Shown here in pieces: positions 1 to 6,592 of a stretch of 29,708 nt of DNA. The translations under genes were made by a program, and so were the position numbers. How positions within the stretch are numbered: the stretch's first letter is position 1; the number at the start of each line of letters is the position of its first letter. The DNA lies in the NCBI GenBank assembly GCA_944386485.1, contig CALXBG010000028.1:1-29708 (forward strand). Direction: 5' to 3'. Origin of the DNA: an uncultured Pygmaiobacter sp. GTDB lineage: Bacteria; Bacillota; Clostridia; Oscillospirales; Ruminococcaceae. A model generated the notes under the pieces. The model was not told where the DNA came from. It made no database searches and saw nothing but the letters and a program-made list of their open reading frames with translations.

Positions 1-49
1 TGCAGCAGCGGGTGGTGTGAGGCTTTACGATTTTACCTAAGCTTTGCAC

Positions 50-124
50 GGCCCGATGGTCAAGAGGTCAAGACACCACCCTTTCACGGTGGTATCCCGG
101 GTTCGATTCCCGGTCGGGTCACCA
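50..124 (+). tRNA. tRNA-Glu (anticodon UUC), 75 nt including encoded CCA
   Basis: Folds by hand into a cloverleaf. Acceptor GGCCCGA pairs with TCGGGTC (one G-U). Anticodon stem CCACC/GGTGG carries loop CTTTCAC, giving anticodon TTC. T arm is CCGGG-TTCGATT-CCCGG, followed by discriminator A and CCA at 122-124. Confidence 0.93.
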
Positions 125-129
125 AACGA

Positions 130-176
130 AACAAATCCGAACTCAGCAATGGGTTCGGATTTGTTGTTATATTTTG
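130..176 (+). terminator. Rho-independent terminator after tRNA-Glu
   Basis: Perfect 13-bp stem: AACAAATCCGAAC (130-142) pairs with GTTCGGATTTGTT (153-165). It is followed by a T-rich tract, GTTATATTTT. Confidence 0.75.
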
Positions 177-185
177 AAATTGAAG

Positions 186-225
186 CAGGGAGCGGATCAG
201 CTGTTGGATCCGCTCCCTGTTTCAT
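186..225 (+). terminator. Second stem-loop (possible back-up terminator or insulator)
   Basis: Perfect 13-bp stem: CAGGGAGCGGATC (186-198) pairs with GATCCGCTCCCTG (207-219). The following T tract is short (TTTCAT), so terminator function is less certain. Confidence 0.5.
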
Positions 226-326
226 ATCAAGGATTGTACGCGTTGATTGATTCGGGTGTGCGTTTCGCAGAGTCCTTTAATTTTACGCACAGGCGGTTGT
301 TCCAAGGAGAAAATAGAGACAAATGA

Positions 327-355
327 TTGAACTGCATAGAAAATAACGCTATTAT
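327..355 (+). promoter_or_regulatory. Candidate sigma-A promoter of the 415-8167 operon
   Basis: -35 TTGAAC (327-332), 17-nt spacer, -10 TATTAT (350-355). It sits in the only AT-rich stretch upstream of the first gene. RBS AGGAGGGG lies at about 400-407. Confidence 0.45.
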
Positions 356-414
356 TAAAAAGAACAAAGCATTTTCCAAAAACGCAAAAGCGAGTTTGGC
401 AGGAGGGGAATGAA

Positions 415-1836
415 ATGGCGCTTTTTGATGTAATTGAGTATGAGGGTTCCGGCGAAGTTCTGATCCACCGGGCCGCACAGACCGATTTCAATACCCACAG
501 CACACTGGTGGTGCGGGAGTCCCAGAAGGCGATTTTAATCCGCAATGGACAGCTGGCGGATATCTTTGATCCCGGACGGTATGTGTTGCACACCCAGAAC
601 ATTCCCATCCTCAGCAAGCTGGTCAACCTGCCCACCGGCGGGGTGTCTCCATTTCAGTGCGAGGTCTACTTCATCAACCAGGCAATCTCCCTCAACCGCA
701 AATGGGGAACCAGTAGTCAGGCGCGGGTTTACGACCACACCTATGATCTGATCCTCACCATCGGTGCAAACGGCGCGATGGGGCTGCGGGTGCGGGATCC
801 GCGGCAGGTGCTGCTCTCGGTGGTCGGGACCGAGCCGGATCTGACCGGGGATCAGTTCCTGGACTATTTCCGGGACACCATCTCGATGAAGATCAAGGAG
901 TACATCGCACGGGTTATGCAGCGCCCTGAGATTGACTTTATGGTGCTTGACGCAAATCTCAGCGAGTTTTCAAACCAGGCCAAGGCTTTGCTCAACGAGG
1001 AGCTTGCCGAATACGGGGTGGAGATCTGCAACTTTTCAATCAGCAACATCCAGATTCCAGACGAACAGTATGAGGCGGTCTTGGTGATGCAGAACAAGCG
1101 TCATCTGCAGCGCCAGCGGGAGTTTGAGATGAAAGGCGACCTGAACCTGCAGATGATGAAGGCACAGGGGGATCGCGCCAGCCTGATGGTGGACGCCCAG
1201 GGAGAAAACGAGCGGCGCAAACTACAGGCGCTCACCGACGTCGAGATCGCGAATCTGCAGATCGACGTCGACGCTCACCGCACCGAGCGGATGGCGCAGG
1301 CTGAGGCGCGCGCCCGGGCTGTGCAGGGTTACAACTGGGCAGATCAGCAGCAGGCCGAGGTGGCGAAACTCTACGCTGCATCCGGCAGCCTGCAGAACAA
1401 CCCCGCCAATATGTTGGCGCAGGCGCCGATGGCGCTGGCCTTCGGAGATCTGCTTCGAGACAATGTCGAGCCGGTGATGAATCCCAACTACTCCAATCCC
1501 GGAATGAACTTCGGCAACGGGTTTCCCGGACAGAGCGGCGGGGAACAGCACAGCCCGTCCGGCGGCTTTGGCGCGCCGGAGGATTTCTCCCTGGGCATCG
1601 AGCCGGCCGACCCCACGACACCGGCCGACCCCACCGCACCGGAGGCACCGGCCGAACCGGCGGTGGCAGCGATCTGTCCGAACTGCGGCGCTTCGCTTGC
1701 CGGCAGCCCGAAATTCTGCCCCGAGTGCGGCACCCGACTGGCGCCGGCCGAGCCGGTGCGGTGTGGTTGCGGTCATCTCTTTGGGCCAAAAGAAAAGTTC
1801 TGTCCCGAGTGCGGCAGCCCCCGCCCCGGCGTCTAA
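415..1836 (+). CDS. SPFH/Band-7-like protein (YdjI / COG4260-like) with a Pro/Ala-rich linker and two C-terminal zinc ribbons
   Basis: 473-aa ORF with RBS AGGAGGGG. The N-terminal ~230 aa resemble the COG4260 'virion core protein-like' SPFH family (DVIEYEG...LIHR...V.ESQ.A....G...D...PGRY.L). A coiled-coil segment follows (QRQREFEMKGDLNLQMMKAQ...). Then comes the linker ADPTTPADPTAPEAPAEP. The two CxxC ribbons are CPNCG..x..FCPECG and CGCGH..x..FCPECG (about 1675-1818). Confidence 0.85.
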   Translation: MALFDVIEYEGSGEVLIHRAAQTDFNTHSTLVVRESQKAILIRNGQLADIFDPGRYVLHTQNIPILSKLVNLPTGGVSPFQCEVYFINQAISLNRKWGTSSQARVYDHTYDLILTIGANGAMGLRVRDPRQVLLSVVGTEPDLTGDQFLDYFRDTISMKIKEYIARVMQRPEIDFMVLDANLSEFSNQAKALLNEELAEYGVEICNFSISNIQIPDEQYEAVLVMQNKRHLQRQREFEMKGDLNLQMMKAQGDRASLMVDAQGENERRKLQALTDVEIANLQIDVDAHRTERMAQAEARARAVQGYNWADQQQAEVAKLYAASGSLQNNPANMLAQAPMALAFGDLLRDNVEPVMNPNYSNPGMNFGNGFPGQSGGEQHSPSGGFGAPEDFSLGIEPADPTTPADPTAPEAPAEPAVAAICPNCGASLAGSPKFCPECGTRLAPAEPVRCGCGHLFGPKEKFCPECGSPRPGV

Positions 1837-1905
1837 AGATTTCAACAATCCGGCAGCGACGGGTGGAAAACCCGCGGCCCGGAAAGGCAGAGGAGGAAAA
1901 CGGAA

Positions 1906-3849
1906 ATGGCGGTATTCAACTGCAAGATGTGTGGGGGCGACCTCGAGGTGATCGACCCTGAAAACGGATTGGCACAGTGCGAGAGCTGCGGCAAGAAGCA
2001 GACGTTGCCAAATGAACAGGATGAGCGGAAGGCCAATCAGTTCAACCGGGCCAATCACTACCGGCGCAGCAATGAGTTTGACCGGGCGGCGGACGCCTAT
2101 GCCAAGATTCTGGACACCGATCCCGGCGAGGCGGAGGCCTATTGGGGCATCGTGCTCTGCCGGTACGGCATCGAATATGTAGAGGATAAAAAGACGATGC
2201 GCCGGGTGCCGACCTGCCACCGCACCCTGACCCGCTCAATCCTGCAGGACCCCGATTACCTGCAGGCGCTCTCCTGTGCAAAGCCGCTGGCCCGGCTGCA
2301 GTATGAGGAGGAGGCGCAGGAGATCGACCGGCTGCAGAAAGAGATTCTCGCGCTGGCGAGTAAGGAGGAGCCGTTCGATATCTTCATCAGCTACAAGGAG
2401 ACCGACGAGCGCAGCGGTCAGCGCACGCCTGACAGCGTGTTGGCACAGGAGATCTACACCGCGCTGACGCGAGAGGGATACAAGGTCTTTTTCTCCCGCA
2501 TCACGCTGGAAAACCGGCTCGGACAGGATTACGAACCGATCATCTACGCCGCGCTGCGCTCAGCGAAGGTGATGGTGGCGGTGGGTACCCGGCCGGAGTA
2601 CTTTTCGGCTCCCTGGGTGCGCAACGAGTGGAACCGCTATCTCGGGATGATGGAGGAGGCGCAGGGCGGCAAAACCCTGATCCCGGTCTACCGGGAGATG
2701 GACCCTTACGACCTGCCGGAAGAGTTCTCCCATCTGCAAGGGCTTAACGCCGCCAACATCGGCTTTTTGCAGGATCTGCTGCACGGCATCGAGAAGCTGA
2801 TCCGGCAACCCGCGCAGCCGGCCGCAGCCGCAGCGCCGGCTGCGCCGTCGGGTGGAGCCAATGTGGAATCGCTGCTGCAGCGGGTGGATTTCTTCCTCGA
2901 GGACGGCAGGTTTGACAGCGCGCGGGAGTACTGCAACCGGGTGCTGGACATCGCCCCGACCGATTGGCGGCCCTATCTGGATCTGGTGCTCTGTGCGAGA
3001 CAGCAGCGCACCGCCGCGGCCCTTGCCGCGCAGGAGTCCAGCATCCACACCGACGAGAATTTCCAGAAGGCGCTGCGGTTTGCACCAAAGGAAAAAAAGG
3101 AGGAGCTGATCGGCTACGCGGCCGCGGCCTTTGCTGCCGAGCAGAGCAAGGTCGAGGAACTCTGCGCCGCCGAGCAGCAGAAGGAAGAGGGCTTGTTGCG
3201 TGAGTTGAAACCGCTCGAAGAACAGCTCGCACAGCCGCTGGCGCAGCTGCGGGAGAAAAAACAGAAGGCCGACGAGCTCGGGCGCCAGATTGCAGAGGAG
3301 GAAAAAAAGCAGCAGGAAGCGGCGGCGCAGAAGGCCCAGCACTACAATGTCAAACAGGCGCTGTATCAGAAATATAAACAAGAGAACGCAAAGGGCAATG
3401 TGGTCGAGGGCAATCTATTTGGCGATCTGGTCGGCTCTTTGATCCTGGCCGCGATCTGTTTTGTCATCGGGCTGATCGCCGGGGCGCTGTTCTTTCCACT
3501 AGGGGTCATCATCTGGGTACTGGGCGGAATTTCGATTCTTTTTTCGAATGTACAGACATATAGAAACAGGGAACTTCAGACCGACAGAAAAGAATACCAA
3601 AAACAGGGGAAAGAGGCCAAAAAGGCGCTGACGAAAGAGATGTCCAGTAAGCTGAAGGTGCAGTCGCTGGTCAAAGAAAAAAATCGATATGATGTTGAGA
3701 GCAACCAGATTTATCAGGTCAACAAGGCGCCGATGGATCAGCGCGCTGCGCTGATCCGACAGATCAACGACTGCAGAGAGAAGGTGCAGCAGAGCAAGCG
3801 CAGCCAGGAGGAGAATCTCAAATTGGCGCAAAAGATAGGGATTGTCTGA
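1906..3849 (+). CDS. TIR-domain protein: N-terminal zinc ribbon, TPR-like repeat, TIR, second TPR-like repeat, coiled coil, TM hairpin, charged coiled-coil tail
   Basis: 647-aa ORF with RBS GAGGAGGAAAA upstream. Zinc ribbon CKMCGG..x..CESCGKKQTLP at 1921-1989. TIR signature FDIFISYKETDE ... KVFFSR ... SAPWVRNEW spans about 2371-2790, with the candidate catalytic Glu241 codon at 2626-2628. Hydrophobic hairpin LVGSLILAAICFVIGLIAGALFF-PLGVIIWVLGGISILF at about 3421-3546. K/E/Q-rich coiled-coil segments flank the hairpin. Confidence 0.85.
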   Translation: MAVFNCKMCGGDLEVIDPENGLAQCESCGKKQTLPNEQDERKANQFNRANHYRRSNEFDRAADAYAKILDTDPGEAEAYWGIVLCRYGIEYVEDKKTMRRVPTCHRTLTRSILQDPDYLQALSCAKPLARLQYEEEAQEIDRLQKEILALASKEEPFDIFISYKETDERSGQRTPDSVLAQEIYTALTREGYKVFFSRITLENRLGQDYEPIIYAALRSAKVMVAVGTRPEYFSAPWVRNEWNRYLGMMEEAQGGKTLIPVYREMDPYDLPEEFSHLQGLNAANIGFLQDLLHGIEKLIRQPAQPAAAAAPAAPSGGANVESLLQRVDFFLEDGRFDSAREYCNRVLDIAPTDWRPYLDLVLCARQQRTAAALAAQESSIHTDENFQKALRFAPKEKKEELIGYAAAAFAAEQSKVEELCAAEQQKEEGLLRELKPLEEQLAQPLAQLREKKQKADELGRQIAEEEKKQQEAAAQKAQHYNVKQALYQKYKQENAKGNVVEGNLFGDLVGSLILAAICFVIGLIAGALFFPLGVIIWVLGGISILFSNVQTYRNRELQTDRKEYQKQGKEAKKALTKEMSSKLKVQSLVKEKNRYDVESNQIYQVNKAPMDQRAALIRQINDCREKVQQSKRSQEENLKLAQKIGIV

Positions 3850-3928
3850 ACCGATGCGCCGTGAGACAGGGGGGCAGCACAAGGCCGAAAACCCTGTGCT
3901 GCCCTTTGAGAAAGGATGTGGGGGAAGG

Positions 3929-6580
3929 ATGCCGCAGTTTGTGCCGATCCCGCTGAAAAACGGGCAGGTTTTGGGCTGTGTCGCCTATGAGATCACCTCG
4001 GTGCCGCAGGCATCGCAGGAGGGCGCAGCGGCGCAGACGGAGAATGAGACCGCTTTTTACAATCTGCTGGGCGAGGTGTACCGCTACTGCGCACCGGATG
4101 CGGCGGTGCTTGAGCTGCTCTGGTCGGCTCAGCCGGTCGAAAACCAGCCCCATGCGGCCCAGCTGCATCTGTACGCGGTGGCGCGGATGCTCTGCGCCGA
4201 CCGCAAGGAGCTGGAAACCCGGCTGCAGGCAGTCTGCGACAACCTGACCACCCGGTTGCAGGCCGGCGGCTTTCGGTTTGCCGAGGCCGACCTCGAGGCG
4301 CTGCGACCCTTTCTGCCTGACGGCGCCGCCTGTGTCAACGCGGTGACCAAAGCGGAACAGTGCACGTTGCACCCGCAGGCCGCCTTCCCTTATTATTATG
4401 CCGAACCGCTGCCCGAGCACGGCACCGACGATTTTGCGATGCTCAGCCGCACGATGGCCGAGCTGCCGGGCAGCGCGGTTTCGTTTCAGCTGTTGCCCAC
4501 CGGCTATACCGCCGCCGAGAGCGCCGCGTTGGAACAGATGCAGTCGCTGCTGGCCCAGGTTGTCGGGGGCACCACGATCGGCGGGCGGGCCTACCGCGAC
4601 CCGCTGGCCCAACCGGCGCTGGACGCGATCGGCCATACCGCCGCCCGGCTGCGCCAACCGGTCTTTCGCTACAACATCCTCGCCTTCGGCAACCAGAGCC
4701 AATGCGCGGCGCTGACCGCGCAGATCATCAGCCTGCTGCGCTGTGGCAGTGCCCGCAGCTTCGTCACCGTCAACCTCAACGCCGAACGGTTGGATCTGCG
4801 CCGCCAGTTCGCCTGGTATCCCTGGCAGATCAACCAAAAATTGTTGCGCGGTTACCGCAATACCCAGCTCTGGAGCCGGGTCAAGCTGCCGCAGGCCCTG
4901 TTTCGACTGCCGATGCTGCTCGGCGCCGAGGAGGCGACCACCTTTTTCCGACTGCCGCTGGGGGGCGACAAGCTCGCCGGATTGCCCAGCCACAGAGCGT
5001 TGCAGAATGCCCAGCAGCTCGACCCGCGGGTGGTTGCGGGGGAGAACCTTCAATTCGGGATACTGGCGGGGGGCGTCGCGCCGATCGGCTGCCCGCCCAA
5101 GAATCTGACCAAGCACATGTTGGTGGTCGGCAAACCCGGTACCGGAAAGACCACCTTTTCGGTCAATCTTCTGTTGCAGCTCTACCAGAAGGGGGTTCCC
5201 TTTCTTGCGATCGAGCCGACCAAAACCGAGTATCGGGCGATGATCGACGCCATCCCGGATCTGCAGATCTTCACCCCCGGCAACAACGGGGTCAGTCCCT
5301 TTGTCATCAATCCGTTCATTCCGCCCAAGGGGATCACCGTCGAGCAGTTTGTGCCCAGCCTTGCCAGCGCATTCAAGGCGGCATTCTCGATGCCGTCCCC
5401 GCTGGACACCATCTTTCAGGCCGCGATTCAGGAGGCGTATGTCCAGTATGGTTGGCGGGATTACAGTACCGCCGCCGACCCGGACGTCACCCCGTTCGGG
5501 CTGCACGAGTTTATCCTCGTGTTCAAGAATCTCATCGCCCGGGAAAAGTACAGCGCCGAGGTCAAGGGCAACCTGCAGAGCGGCGGTGTGTTGCGGCTGC
5601 GCAACCTGATTGAACAGAATGCCAACATCTACGACACCACCCACTCGGTGCCGCTGGAGGATCTGCTGGTGCACCCCACCGTGCTGGAACTCAACGCGAT
5701 CGACAATGAGGAGCAAAAATCGGTGCTGATGGCGCTGCTGCTCATCAATATCTGCGTTTATACCAAGCACAACCATCTGGGAGACGGCAAGCTGAAGAAC
5801 GCGATTTTGATCGATGAAGCGCATGTCCTCTTCAAGGCGGGCGGATCCAGCGAGGGGGCGAACACCACCGTGCGCTCACTCGAAAATATGCTCGCCGAGA
5901 TCCGCTCCTACGGCACCGGCATCATCATCGCCGACCAGTCCCCGGCGGCAGTCGGAGCCGAGGTGGTAAAGAACACCGAGGTCAAGACGGTGTTTCAGCT
6001 GGTTGACGTCGGCGACCGCAAGACCATCGCCGCCACCACCAACATGACCGCGGAACAGGAGGAACAGATTCCCCGGCTCGGGGTCGGCGAGGCGTTTATC
6101 AGCTATGGCCTGCTGGCCGAACCGGCGCTGGTGCAAACCCCCGATGTGCGGGAGGAACAGGGGATCCGGCTGAGTGTCTCGAACGAAGAGGTACACCGCC
6201 GGATGACCTATTGGGACAGCCACGGGCCGCTGTTGATCCCGTTTTACGAGTGTGGACAGTCGACGGTCTGCGCCGGCGGCTGCGATCTGCGGCTGCGCAG
6301 CGATGCGGCCTTCTTCGCGGCGCGGTTTGCCCAGAGCTACGGCGGCAAGATCACCGACGCGAAGAGCCTGTGCGCCTATGCCCGCGCCCTCGACGGCTGG
6401 CTGGATGAGCAGACCCCGCAGAGCGACCCGGAACGGCGGCGCCGGCTGCACAACTGCACCAAGATCCGGCTGATCCGCCGGATGATGCAGCAGCGGGAGA
6501 TTCCGCAGAGCCCCGCCGCCTATCAGAAACTGCTGCAGGCCGCCCTGGCCGAGGGAGCCGCCCCGCAGCCCGAAGCATAA
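3929..6580 (+). CDS. HerA/FtsK-superfamily P-loop ATPase (DUF87-like) with a ~400-aa uncharacterised N-terminal region and a Cys-containing C-terminal tail
   Basis: The long ORF opens at TTG 3842. I prefer ATG 3929 (MPQFVPIPLK...) because it is preceded by the purine-rich RBS AAAGGATGTGGGGGAAGG. ATG 3854 is a further alternative. Walker A VVGKPGTGKTT at 5129-5155. Walker B AILIDEAH at 5801-5824. HerA-type context is present: PFLAIEPTKTEY and IIIADQSPAAV...VKNTEVKTVFQL. Confidence 0.8.
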   Translation: MPQFVPIPLKNGQVLGCVAYEITSVPQASQEGAAAQTENETAFYNLLGEVYRYCAPDAAVLELLWSAQPVENQPHAAQLHLYAVARMLCADRKELETRLQAVCDNLTTRLQAGGFRFAEADLEALRPFLPDGAACVNAVTKAEQCTLHPQAAFPYYYAEPLPEHGTDDFAMLSRTMAELPGSAVSFQLLPTGYTAAESAALEQMQSLLAQVVGGTTIGGRAYRDPLAQPALDAIGHTAARLRQPVFRYNILAFGNQSQCAALTAQIISLLRCGSARSFVTVNLNAERLDLRRQFAWYPWQINQKLLRGYRNTQLWSRVKLPQALFRLPMLLGAEEATTFFRLPLGGDKLAGLPSHRALQNAQQLDPRVVAGENLQFGILAGGVAPIGCPPKNLTKHMLVVGKPGTGKTTFSVNLLLQLYQKGVPFLAIEPTKTEYRAMIDAIPDLQIFTPGNNGVSPFVINPFIPPKGITVEQFVPSLASAFKAAFSMPSPLDTIFQAAIQEAYVQYGWRDYSTAADPDVTPFGLHEFILVFKNLIAREKYSAEVKGNLQSGGVLRLRNLIEQNANIYDTTHSVPLEDLLVHPTVLELNAIDNEEQKSVLMALLLINICVYTKHNHLGDGKLKNAILIDEAHVLFKAGGSSEGANTTVRSLENMLAEIRSYGTGIIIADQSPAAVGAEVVKNTEVKTVFQLVDVGDRKTIAATTNMTAEQEEQIPRLGVGEAFISYGLLAEPALVQTPDVREEQGIRLSVSNEEVHRRMTYWDSHGPLLIPFYECGQSTVCAGGCDLRLRSDAAFFAARFAQSYGGKITDAKSLCAYARALDGWLDEQTPQSDPERRRRLHNCTKIRLIRRMMQQREIPQSPAAYQKLLQAALAEGAAPQPEA

Positions 6581-6592
6581 AGGAGAAACGCG

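Noticed and set aside
1222-2220. 332-aa and 185-aa minus-strand ORFs spanning the junction of the SPFH and TIR genes
   Set aside because: These are shadow ORFs with R/G/A/P-biased composition. They overlap two well-supported + strand genes and their intergenic RBS.
3818-5824. 668-aa ORF on the minus strand, antisense to the HerA-like ATPase gene
   Set aside because: It is an Arg/Gly/Pro/Ala/Leu/Gln-rich low-complexity translation, typical of shadow frames in high-GC DNA. It has no RBS and no recognisable motif. The + strand frame carries clear Walker A/B motifs.
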